Positions 1-10,750 of a stretch of DNA of 15,970 nucleotides are shown here, in pieces. A program made the position numbers and the translations under genes. The notes below the pieces were generated by a model that saw only the letters and a program-made list of their open reading frames with translations, did no database searches and was not told the origin of the DNA. Numbering within the stretch: the first letter of the stretch is position 1; each line of letters opens with the position of its first letter. This DNA is from a bacterium (lineage in GTDB: Bacteria; Desulfobacterota; DSWW01): assembly GCA_040756235.1 (NCBI GenBank), contig JBFLZG010000129.1:1-15970 (forward strand). Direction: 5' to 3'.

Positions 1-30
1 ATCATCGTACTCGAGGGAGCACCCTCGAAG

Positions 31-126
31 TTGCCGCTGCTCTGGATGCACCCTTCCGGATCCCGGGACGGGCGACGCATGCGTCGCCCCTACAACGCTG
101 CGCGAATCCGCTGGGCCGGGATGACG
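31..126. repeat. CGTC-tagged REP-like palindromic element (left copy) with a GTAG-type REP in its loop
   Basis: 31-66 matches 15856-15891 at 32/36 nt, and TGGGCCGGGATGAC at 112-125 is identical to 15911-15924. Stem ATCCCGG (60-66) pairs with CCGGGAT (116-122) and is followed by GACG (the CGTC tag on the minus strand). Confidence 0.8.
70..93 (-). repeat. GTAG-tagged REP sequence
   Basis: Perfect 20-bp palindrome GGGCGACGCATGCGTCGCCC (70-89) followed by CTAC. The minus strand reads GTAG-GGGCGACGCATGCGTCGCCC, the layout of RAYT-associated REPs. Confidence 0.85.
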
Positions 127-165
127 GACAGGGCACAGCCGCCCGCCGGAGACGGCCGTTCCGGT

Positions 166-732
166 TCACGGGTCGGCCGAAAGGGGTCCCTGCAGGCTCT
201 GGATGCTCTCTTCGCTCAGCCCGGAGCGGCGGGCCATCGTCTCCCGGTCCCCGCCGCAGCGCTCGGCCAGGCGCCGGACGTACTCCTTCTCGAAGGCGCG
301 GCGGGCCTCTGCGAACGGCTCCCGGTCCAGCAGCCCTGCCAGCCGGATCGACTCTTTCTTCAGGACCTGCCAGCGCATGGCCCGGTCGATGGTGAAGATC
401 ATCTGCTCCTTCTTGAACGGCTTGGTGATGTAGTCGAAGACGCCCAGAGACAGGGCTTCGATGGCGGTCTCCAGGGATCCGAAGGCCGTGATCATGATGA
501 GCTCTTCGGGCCGCTGCTTGTCCTTGATCCACCTCAGGATGTCGAGCCCGTCCATGCCGGGCATCTTCAGATCGGCGATGATGAGATCGAAGACGCTCTC
601 GTCCAGGAGCTTCGGGATCTCCAGGGAGTTGCTGGTCGTGACGATCGCGTAGGGCGTCTTCTCCGTGATGATCCTTTCGATGAGCCGCAGCATGTGAGGT
701 TCGTCATCGACGGCCAGGATGCGCTGCTTCAT
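166..732 (-). CDS. Response regulator: receiver domain plus short Fis-like helical tail, no AAA+ domain
   Basis: Receiver motifs ILAVDDE, IIADLKMPGMDG (phospho-Asp), ITAFG and YITKPF. C-terminal FAEARRAFEKEYVRRLAERCGGDRETMARRSGLS resembles the HTH_8 of NtrC-family proteins. RBS AGGAGG overlaps the TAG stop of the upstream kinase (741-743). Confidence 0.92.
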   Translation of the reverse strand: MKQRILAVDDEPHMLRLIERIITEKTPYAIVTTSNSLEIPKLLDESVFDLIIADLKMPGMDGLDILRWIKDKQRPEELIMITAFGSLETAIEALSLGVFDYITKPFKKEQMIFTIDRAMRWQVLKKESIRLAGLLDREPFAEARRAFEKEYVRRLAERCGGDRETMARRSGLSEESIQSLQGPLSADP

Positions 733-740
733 GTCACCTC

Positions 741-2965
<2,225 letters not shown>

Positions 2966-2969
<4 letters not shown>

Positions 2970-5527
2970 GTCGGACCTCCCGCGCGGTCGGCCAGGCCCA
3001 GCTGCTTCAGGAAGTCGTCTGTGTACCACCGTGTGATCGCGTCGCTGGAGAGGGCCATGTCGAGCTGCTTGGTCATCATGATGAGCCGTCCGAGCAGCCT
3101 GAGCTTGGAGCGAATCGCTTCGGCCGAGTCGTAAGCGAGCGTGGCGTAAAGGAAGTCGGCCCGATGGGCGCTTTCGAAGCCGATGCGGGAGAGGATCTCG
3201 GTCACCAGAGAGATGCGCCGCACGCGCCGCTCCGCGGCGGAGCCGCCGCCCTTGTACTGCATGCGGATGAAATTCTTGTTCGGCTCGCTCGCGCACATCG
3301 CTTCCACGGTCGTGAAGTGATATCCCATGCGCAGGCTGAGGATCATGTATTCCTTGCCCAGCACGGCGAAGCTGTTTTCCGAGAACTCGGGCTGGTTCCC
3401 TTGGGCCATGGTGGTGGCCATGACCGCCATGAACCCTTTCAAATCGGGCGCAGGCAGGCGCGACGGCCACCCTTGCTGCTTGATCCCGCTCCACAGGGCT
3501 TCCATGGGGACCGAGCCGAGCTCGTCCTCCTCCAGAGTGCGGCGACTCCGCAATGCGGCCCGGTCGCGGTCGATGTAAATGATGTTCACCTGAAGGGGAA
3601 TATCGCTCTTCAGGCGCAGGCTGATCGGATCCTTGTTCTCGATGCTCGACGCGCCGTGGAACATCTCTTCCATCGAACGCTGATGGCAGAAGCGGGTGAT
3701 GTCGTGGATGGTGCGGCAGTTCTGCGGCACGAACGACTCGTCCGAGGGGTTGAGCAGGTTCAGGGGCGATACTCTTTCGAGGACGCGCTCCAGGAGCTTG
3801 AAGATGCCGGTATCGCTCAGCAGCTCGTACTCGGGCCGGCGCGCTTCAACGAGCTCCGGGACGGCTCCCTGGTAGATCACCCCTGCCGTCGCGTCCACGG
3901 TCACGGTGCGGCCCGCGGGCAGGGCGCGGGCCCCCTCCAGACCGACCAGTGTCGGGATGCGGTACTCCCGTGCCAGGGTGGCCATGTGGCTCGCCGTACC
4001 GCCCAGCTCCGTGACCAGAGCGCTCGCCTTTTCCATGGCCGTGATCAGGCCGGGGAACGGCCGCGGCGCGACCAGCACGACGCCGTCCCGGACCTGCGCC
4101 AGGTCCTGGGTCGACGAGGCATGCACGACCGGACCGCTGCCGGCCCCGGGACTGACGGTCGTGCCTCCGGTCATCAGGACTTCGGGGCGCACGGAAAGCT
4201 CGAGCTCGCCGGAGCGGGGCCTGCCTTGAATGACCCGCAGCGGCCGCGTTTGGAGGAGAAAGAGCCTGCCCCGGCCGTCGACGGCGAACTCGATGTCCTG
4301 GGGGCAGCCGTAGTGTTGTTCCAGCCGCGTCGCGATCGCGGCGAGCTGCGCGAGATGCGCATCGCCGATCGATGGAGCGTTTTGCTGCCCCTCGGGGACC
4401 GGTTCCTCGGCCGTGCCGCCCTCGGGGTTGGCCGCCAGCCGGACGCGCTTCGCGGCCAGCCGCCGATCCAGCACACCCCTTCCCGAGCGGGAGACCCGGA
4501 ACATGTCCGGCGTGACGGTCCCGTCCACCACGTACTTGCCCAGACCGAATACCGAGTGGACGAGGACGTGGTCCTCCTCGGGCCGGAGCGGGTCCCGGCT
4601 GTAGGCGACTCCGCCGCAGGCCGCCTCCACCATGCCCACGCAGGCAACGCTCATGGCCTGTTCGGACTCGGCCAGGTCGTGGCTCAGCAGGTAATAAATG
4701 GCTTGCGGGGTGAACTTGCTCGCCAGGACCTCCCGGTAATGCTCCACGAGGTCGTCTTCCGCGGCCAGGTTCAGAAAGGTGGCGTACTGCCCGGCAAAGC
4801 TGAAGAGGGTGTCCTCGCCGACGGCGCTCGAGCGCAAGGCCATGCGGCCGGCACCCGAGCGCGCCACCAGGTGGGCGTGGCTCTGCCGGATGGCGCGCGC
4901 CAGGTCCTCCGGGACCGTGCTGGCCGTGACCATGGCGCGCGCTTCCCGGCTCACCCGGATGAGGTCCTCGTAGCGCTTGAAGTCCACCGAGCTGACCAGG
5001 TCGGCGATCCTCGATCCCAGGCGGTTGACGTCCATGAAGTGCTGGTAGGCCCAGGCGCTGATGGCGAACCCTTCCGGCACCGGCAATCCGAGGCGCTTCA
5101 TCTCGCCCAGATTGGCGCTCTTGCTGCCGACCCGGGGGGCTGTGTGCCGGTCGAGCGCTTCCAGGGGTAGGGTGAAATCGTCCGGCTCGAGCGGGCGTCC
5201 CCCCGGCAGGATGCTCTCGATTTCGCGCTCGATGCCCGCGAGGACGCCGCGCAATACCGCGTACCGCTCCTCCCCACCCAGGGCGTTCATCTTCTCGATC
5301 ATGATGCCCGCGCCCGTGCGGATCTCGCGCAGGCTGGTGCGGATGTAGTTGATGTCAAAGAGGTACTCTCCCTGGGACTTCTCCTCCATGTCGCTGATGA
5401 CGTGCAGCACCCGGTTGTTGTTTTCGAGGATGTCCAGGAAGCAGGTGAACTTCTGCTGCAGGGACCGGAGAGAAGACTCCGGAGAGCCGTCCTTGGTCCC
5501 CCGGAGGAGCGTGCGCAGCCATTTCAT
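2966..5527 (-). CDS. PEP-synthase/PPDK-like protein B (ATP-grasp + phospho-His swivel domain + unknown C-terminal domain), 853 aa
   Basis: Motifs GSKSANLGEM, GLPVPEGF, LRSSAVGED, SFAGQY, QDIEF, LLQTRPL. Swivel motif GGTASHMATLAREYRIP (His codon 3986-3988). No PEP/pyruvate TIM-barrel motifs. Start MKWLRTLL at 5527 is preferred because it matches the paralogue length and lies downstream of an apparent promoter; its RBS is weak. Confidence 0.9.
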
Positions 5528-5614
5528 TGGGGAGCCCGTCGGGTGAGGTGATCCGGCCCGGGAGTGCCGTGTGCCGCGTCGCCGCCGCCTGGCATGGCCC
5601 CACGGGCGACTGTC

Positions 5615-5644
5615 AGTATCGGGAAGCAGGCAATTCGGTGTCAA
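5615..5644 (-). promoter_or_regulatory. Putative internal sigma70-type promoter for dikinase B, kinase and regulator
   Basis: Minus strand TTGACA (5644-5639), 18-nt spacer, GATACT (5620-5615), inside the 142-nt gap between the receiver gene and dikinase B. Confidence 0.55.
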
Positions 5645-5669
5645 GAGCTTACCGTTCGCCGCCGCCCTG

Positions 5670-6071
5670 TCATCCATAGAGGGCTCTGCCCTCTTCGATC
5701 TCCTTCTTCTCCCGCGCCCGCCGGATCCGGTCGAGCAGGTCGTCCAGCTCGCACGGTTTCATCAGGTAATCAAATGCGCCCATCTTGAGCGCTGCCACGC
5801 CGGATGAGACGGAGCCGTGTCCGGTGAGGATCATCACCTCCGTCAAGGGATGGACCTCCTTGATCTTCTTGAGGACCTCCAGCCCGTCCATGCCCGGCAT
5901 CAGCATGTCCAAGATCACGACCTCGAACGATTCCCGCTCCAGCACGTCCAGGGCTTGCGGCCCGGACGCGGCCTCGCGCACCTCGAGCCCCTCTGCCCGG
6001 AGGCGCCGGCCGAGGTGTCGCACGAAGGCCTCTTCGTCGTCCACGAGAAGAATTTTCCCGCTGAGAGCCAC
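5670..6071 (-). CDS. Stand-alone single-domain response regulator (CheY-like), 133 aa
   Basis: Motifs ILLVDDE, VILDMLMPGMDG, ILTGHG and YLMKP; no output domain. GTG start preceded by GAGGAGG. Confidence 0.93.
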   Translation of the reverse strand: MALSGKILLVDDEEAFVRHLGRRLRAEGLEVREAASGPQALDVLERESFEVVILDMLMPGMDGLEVLKKIKEVHPLTEVMILTGHGSVSSGVAALKMGAFDYLMKPCELDDLLDRIRRAREKKEIEEGRALYG

Positions 6072-6082
6072 CGCCGCCTCCT

Positions 6083-6221
6083 CAGGTTTCAGGTGTCAGG
6101 TTTCAGGGGTCGGGTATCAAGGCCCAAGCCAGGATCCACCCTGGACCTGCATGACTCGCCCCGGCCCCGGCCGGGAGTCCTGGGCGGGGACTGACACCTG
6201 CCACCTGAAACCCGATACCTC
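6083..6221. repeat. Inverted arrays of heptamer repeats (CAGGTNT-like) forming a long hairpin
   Basis: Left arm CAGGTTT-CAGGTGT-CAGGTTT-CAGGGGT-CGGGTAT (6083-6117). Right arm ACACCTG-CCACCTG-AAACCCG-ATACCTC (6194-6221) is made of reverse-complement units. Inner stems CCAGGA/TCCTGG, GACTC/GAGTC and CCGGC/GCCGG. Confidence 0.8.
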
Positions 6222-6225
6222 TCTT

Positions 6226-8790
6226 TCATGTTCGGCCGAAGAAGTTGTAGCGGCCCTGCAGGAACAGGTCCACGAAATGGTCCACGTACTGCGCGTTCTC
6301 CATCACGACGTCGAGCTGCCGGGCGCAGCCCATGAGTCTGCCCAGCATGACCAGCGCGGCCAGCGTGTCCTCGAGGGGGTACTTCTTGTAGTTTGCGTTC
6401 ACCAGGTCGCCCTGCTGGTCCACCCAGAAGTCATGGGCGGCCAGGATCCGGGCGATGAATTCGGCCCGCCGTTCACGCCGGTCCTGGGAGGCGGCGCCTC
6501 CTTTGAATCGGAAGGTGATGTAGTTGCTGTTGGGTATCTCGCCGCAGTAGGCATCCAGAGTGGAAAAATGATAGCCGAGCCTCGAGCTGAAGTTGACGTA
6601 GCGCCTGGAGACGATCGCGTAGCTTCTCGCGCCCAGCTCTCTCTCGTGCTTCAGCGGGTCGTAGAGGGTGTTGGCGAACACGGACACGAAGCTCCTGAGC
6701 CCGATCGGCACGTGGCCGGCCCACTGGACCCCTTCGGTCATCATGCCCTCGAGCAGGGACTTGAGCGGGATGGAGGCGACGTTCTGGCGCGAGACCTCGC
6801 GCTGCTTCTCCCCTACGTCCGCAAGCCCTCCCCCCAGGTCCACCACGAACACCCGGAGAGGCACCTCGATCTTGAGCTGAAACACGCGCCCCCTGCGCAC
6901 GCTCTGCTGGTCATTGAAGGCGAACATGCTGTTGATCGCTTCTTCGTGGCTGAAGCGCATGATGTCGTGCAGGGTCCGGCAGGAGGAAGCGCGGAAGGAG
7001 CGGTCCCGGGGATTGGTCAGGTGGAGCGGCGCGACCCGGGACAGGACCGCCTCCAGCGTCCCGTACGCCGGGCTGCCCTTGCTGGGGGTCTGCGGCTCCG
7101 GGTCCGCCTCGGCCAGCCCCTCGATGCGTCCCAGGTAGGCGACCCGGTTGGTGGCATCCAGGGTGATCCACTTGTCGTCCGGTACCCGCTCCAGGGCGCC
7201 CCGCATGTTGACGACCATCGGGACCTTGAACTCCCTGGCCATCGACGCCATGTGCCCGGTGGGGCTGCCCACCTCCGCCACGATCGCCTTGACCCGGCCC
7301 ATCAGCCCGATCCACTCGGGCATCAGCCTGCGTACCACGAGCACGCCGCCCATCGGAGGAAACCGCTCGAGGTCCCTGGCATCTCTCACCTTGTGTGCGA
7401 TGCCGCTGCCGATTCCGGCGCAGGCGGTCTCGGCTTCCCGGCCCGCCAGGAGGACCTTTTCGGGCGGCACCTCGAGCCGTGAGACGTCCGCCGCTTCCGG
7501 AGCCCTCACCAGGGCCAGAGGACGGGTCTGCAGCAGCACCAGCCGGCCGTCATGATCGATGCTGAACTCCACGTCCTGGGGCTGCCCGTAGTGGGCTTCG
7601 AGCCTGCGGGCCACCTCGACCAGGTCGGCCAGGTCCTTCTCTCCCATTGAAGCCCTGTCCGCCTGGGCCTCCGGCACGGGCAGCTCGCGGGTGCCGGCGT
7701 CGGAGGCCGAAACGAGCATCGTCTGCTGGCCCGAGATCCTTCTCTCCAGGAGACGCCCGCTCTCTTTGTCCAGGACGTAGCTGTCCGGGCTGACCTCGCC
7801 GGATGCTATGGCAGGACCCAGGCCCCAACCCGCGGATACGAATATGTGGTCGGTCTGAAAGGGATCCCGGGTGTACATCACGCCGCTGACCCTGGCCTCG
7901 ACCATCTCGAGGCAGCAGACGCACATGGGGATGTCCTCGTCCCGAATGCCCTTGCTCGCCTTGTAGTAGATGGCGCGCGTGCCGTACTTGCTGGCCAGCA
8001 CCTTCTTGTAGGCCTCCAGCAGACCCTGCTCGTCCACGTTCAGATAGCTCTCGTACAGGCCGGCAAAGGACGACCGCACGCTGTCCTCGCCGATGGCGCT
8101 GCTGCGGACCGCCAGCCGGAGCCGGGAGCCGCGTCTCTGCCGAAGAGCGCGGTAAGCCTCGCGCACGTCTTCCTCGAGGTCCTCGGGCAGTCCGGCCGTC
8201 AGGATCAGCTCCTGGATGCCCCGGCTGACCGTTTTCACGCTCTCGGCGCTGTGAATGTCCAGGCCCGTCTTGAGGCTGTTGATCTGCTTCCTCAAGCGGT
8301 TGTGCTCATAAAACCGCTGGCTGGCCAGAGTGGTGATGACGAACCCCTCGGGCACCGGCAGCCCGAGGAGATTCTTCATTTCGGCGATGTGGACGCTCTT
8401 GGCCCCGACCGCGTCCCGCATGCCGGGATCCACCGCATCCAGGGGCAGGACGAATCGGTTCACGTGCGTCATCGGCGACTGGGCGATCTCGTTTTCGATT
8501 TCCAGGCAGATCCGCTCGAAAGCCGCCATCAGGACGGGCTGTTCCTTGCCGGTGATCACCTGGAGGTTGCGGATGATCTTGAACACCTCGATCGCGATCT
8601 GGGTGCACCTGGCGCGGGTGGTGCTCAGGGTGAGGAACTCGGGGTTGAGGAGCTTGTTTTCCAGGTCGGCGATGATCTGGAGCGCGTCGTTGTTGGCGTT
8701 CAGGAGCTCCTTGAAGGAATAATACCTCCAGCGCAGCTCGTGCATGGCCTGCTCCTGGCTTCTCTTCTTGAATCCCAAGCGGGTGAGCAA
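6226..8790 (-). CDS. PEP-synthase/PPDK-like protein A (ATP-grasp + phospho-His swivel domain + unknown C-terminal domain), ~854 aa
   Basis: Motifs GAKSVHIAEM, GLPVPEGF, VRSSAIGED, SFAGLY, QDVEF, LLQTRPL. Swivel motif GSPTGHMASMAREFKVP (His codon 7252-7254). Start reassigned to TTG at 8790, just downstream of AAGGAGG. Confidence 0.9.
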   Translation of the reverse strand: MLTRLGFKKRSQEQAMHELRWRYYSFKELLNANNDALQIIADLENKLLNPEFLTLSTTRARCTQIAIEVFKIIRNLQVITGKEQPVLMAAFERICLEIENEIAQSPMTHVNRFVLPLDAVDPGMRDAVGAKSVHIAEMKNLLGLPVPEGFVITTLASQRFYEHNRLRKQINSLKTGLDIHSAESVKTVSRGIQELILTAGLPEDLEEDVREAYRALRQRRGSRLRLAVRSSAIGEDSVRSSFAGLYESYLNVDEQGLLEAYKKVLASKYGTRAIYYKASKGIRDEDIPMCVCCLEMVEARVSGVMYTRDPFQTDHIFVSAGWGLGPAIASGEVSPDSYVLDKESGRLLERRISGQQTMLVSASDAGTRELPVPEAQADRASMGEKDLADLVEVARRLEAHYGQPQDVEFSIDHDGRLVLLQTRPLALVRAPEAADVSRLEVPPEKVLLAGREAETACAGIGSGIAHKVRDARDLERFPPMGGVLVVRRLMPEWIGLMGRVKAIVAEVGSPTGHMASMAREFKVPMVVNMRGALERVPDDKWITLDATNRVAYLGRIEGLAEADPEPQTPSKGSPAYGTLEAVLSRVAPLHLTNPRDRSFRASSCRTLHDIMRFSHEEAINSMFAFNDQQSVRRGRVFQLKIEVPLRVFVVDLGGGLADVGEKQREVSRQNVASIPLKSLLEGMMTEGVQWAGHVPIGLRSFVSVFANTLYDPLKHERELGARSYAIVSRRYVNFSSRLGYHFSTLDAYCGEIPNSNYITFRFKGGAASQDRRERRAEFIARILAAHDFWVDQQGDLVNANYKKYPLEDTLAALVMLGRLMGCARQLDVVMENAQYVDHFVDLFLQGRYNFFGRT

Positions 8791-8862
8791 GGCCCCTCCT
8801 TCCCTCTGCCCCTGGAAGTTGCAAAAATCCGCGCATTGTTTTAAAAAGATCAACTCTTGCCG

Positions 8863-8908
8863 GCGTGCCTCGGCACGCGTGCAGTCCTCACCTGCGTCAT
8901 GATAGACT
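8863..8908 (+). promoter_or_regulatory. Candidate operator palindrome and extended -10 promoter in the divergent control region
   Basis: GCGTGCC-TC-GGCACGC (8863-8878) is a perfect 7-bp inverted repeat. TG-A-TAGACT (8900-8908) resembles an extended -10 facing the TauE gene. Confidence 0.35.
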
Positions 8909-9009
8909 GCGCGCGCGCGGCCGAGGCGGCCCGCTCGAGCAGGTTCCTACCGCCATTCTACTCGTGGCGGCACACCCCCTCAACCGTTGTCGGAAGGAGA
9001 TGCAGGCGG

Positions 9010-9951
9010 ATGTTCAATGTCTATCTTCCCATCGCAGACATGAGTATCAACATCTTCTTCGTGGTGGGCATCGGCGGGCTGGTCGGCTTCCTGTCCGGCC
9101 TGTTCGGCGTAGGGGGAGGTTTCCTGCTCACCCCTCTCATGATGATGATCGGCATCCCTCCGGCCGTTGCCGCGGCCTCGGATTCCAATCAGATCGTGGC
9201 CAGCTCGTCCTCCGGCGCCTTCGGCCACTGGAAGCTCGGCAACGTGGACATGAAGCTGGGCATCATCATCCTGCTCGGCGGCATCGTCGGGGGAACGATC
9301 GGCGTGCACTTCGTCAAGTACCTGAGGGCCGTGGGGAATTTCGAATTCACCATGAAGCTCGTCTACGTCATCATGCTCGGCACGGTGGGGGGCTCCATGT
9401 TCGTGGAAAGCCTGCATTCCCTCCGGAAATACCGGCCTGCGGCCGCCGGAGGCGCGGTCACGGAGATGAGCGGCCCGCGCCTGAGCGGGATCTTTTCCCG
9501 CCTGCCCTTGCAGATGAGCTTCCCCAAGTCGCACCTGCGCACGTCGGCCATCTTCCCCTTCTTCGTGGGCTCCCTGGTGGGCGTGCTGGCCGCCCTGCTC
9601 GGAGTGGGCGGCGGCTTCATCATGGTGCCGGCCATGATCTACATCATCGGCATGCCCACGATCACGGCCATCGGCACCGACCTGTTCCAGATCGTCTTCA
9701 CCAGCGCCAACGTCACCCTGCAGCAGGCGATCACCAATCAGACGGTCGACATCGGCCTGGCGCTGCTCCTGCTGATCGGCTCCGTTCTGGGCGCCCAGTT
9801 CGGGGTGCGCGCCTCCAAGCGGCTGCGGGGCGAGCAAATCCGGGTCCTGCTCAGCATGATTGTGCTCGCCCTGATGGTCAAGCTCTTGCTGGACCTCGTT
9901 CTGGCGCCGGACAACCTGGTCAGCTTCGCCACGGCGGGGGGGGGACACTGA
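9010..9951 (+). CDS. TauE/SafE (TSUP, DUF81) family membrane transporter, 313 aa
   Basis: Highly hydrophobic, with the internally duplicated signature GLFGVGGGFLLTP / ALLGVGGGFIMVP and AIGTDL. ATG at 9010 (MFNVYLPIA) with AAGGAG upstream. Confidence 0.92.
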   Translation: MFNVYLPIADMSINIFFVVGIGGLVGFLSGLFGVGGGFLLTPLMMMIGIPPAVAAASDSNQIVASSSSGAFGHWKLGNVDMKLGIIILLGGIVGGTIGVHFVKYLRAVGNFEFTMKLVYVIMLGTVGGSMFVESLHSLRKYRPAAAGGAVTEMSGPRLSGIFSRLPLQMSFPKSHLRTSAIFPFFVGSLVGVLAALLGVGGGFIMVPAMIYIIGMPTITAIGTDLFQIVFTSANVTLQQAITNQTVDIGLALLLLIGSVLGAQFGVRASKRLRGEQIRVLLSMIVLALMVKLLLDLVLAPDNLVSFATAGGGH

Positions 9952-10748
9952 TGAGAACCAAGATCCTGGCAATCCTGACAGCCTTCATCCTGGCCGGCGC
10001 CGTGGCTCTCGCCCAGACAGCCGAAGAGCCGCCCGCAGCGAACGGGGGCATGGTGACCGACTTCACCAAGGGCGTGATCGAGATCGACGTGAGCTACCAC
10101 GGCGATCGGATCCACTTTTTCGGCACCATGGCGGGCGCGCCGACGGATGCGGTGATCGTGAAGCTCACGAGCCCGGCCGAAACGGTCAAGCTCAACGTGG
10201 CAGGACGGGTCGGTCCCTTCTGGATGAACGTCAAGCAGTACCGGGTCGAGAACGTGCCGTTCATGTACAAGATCCACGCCTCCGACCGCCTGGAGCAGGT
10301 CTTGACACCGGAGCTCGCCGGCGAGCTGGGGATCGGCTTCGAGACGCTCAAAGATCGGCTCCGACTCGACATCGCCAAAGGCACCCCGGACGAAAAGGAC
10401 AGGGACACCCTGTTCGACGGCCTCATGAAGCTCAAGAAGAAGTCCAACCTGTACAGGATCGACGACGACGGCCGCATCAAGATCAAAGGGGGCCGGATCT
10501 TCCAGCACTACTTCACTTTTCCCGCGGCTGCCAAGGAAGGCGACTACATCGTGGAGTCTTTTCTGATCCGTGACAGGCAACTGGTCGGCAGGGCCACGGA
10601 CACGATCCACATCCAGAAAGTGGGTCTGGAGGCATTCGTTGCGGAAGCCGCCCAGAAACGGCCGCTCCAATACGGCATCTGCGCGGTCGTGATCGCCCTC
10701 GGAACCGGCCTGCTCGTCGGATTCATCTTTAAAGGTGGAGCCCATTGA
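9951..10748 (+). CDS. TIGR02186-like exported protein with C-terminal membrane anchor, 265 aa
   Basis: TGATG coupling to the TauE stop. Signal peptide MRTKILAILTAFILAGAVALA. Motifs YHGDRIHFFG, GPFWMN, FPAAAKEGDY, KVGLE, then one C-terminal TM helix. Family assignment is from recalled motifs and the usual TauE adjacency. Confidence 0.82.
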   Translation: MRTKILAILTAFILAGAVALAQTAEEPPAANGGMVTDFTKGVIEIDVSYHGDRIHFFGTMAGAPTDAVIVKLTSPAETVKLNVAGRVGPFWMNVKQYRVENVPFMYKIHASDRLEQVLTPELAGELGIGFETLKDRLRLDIAKGTPDEKDRDTLFDGLMKLKKKSNLYRIDDDGRIKIKGGRIFQHYFTFPAAAKEGDYIVESFLIRDRQLVGRATDTIHIQKVGLEAFVAEAAQKRPLQYGICAVVIALGTGLLVGFIFKGGAH

Positions 10749-10750
10749 TC

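Noticed and set aside
131..160. Intrinsic terminator after the minus-strand cluster
   Set aside because: A GC-rich imperfect stem is possible but there is no U-tract, so it is not supportable as a rho-independent terminator.
2970..3494. 175-aa N-terminal extension of the histidine kinase in the ORF track
   Set aside because: Overlaps dikinase B in another frame; the RBS and ATGA coupling support the start at 2969.
6083..6221. CRISPR array
   Set aside because: Units are 7 nt with no unique spacers, and there are no cas genes.
8860..8886. Sigma54 -24/-12 promoter from GGCACG on either strand
   Set aside because: No GC at the required GG-N10-GC spacing in either orientation.
8865..9950. 627-aa ORF suggesting a long N-terminal extension or a frameshift fusion with TauE
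   Set aside because: The upstream part is an Arg/His-rich off-frame reading of TauE. A signal peptide begins at ATG 9951 with ordinary TGATG coupling. The G-run at 9936-9944 was noted, but both genes are intact.
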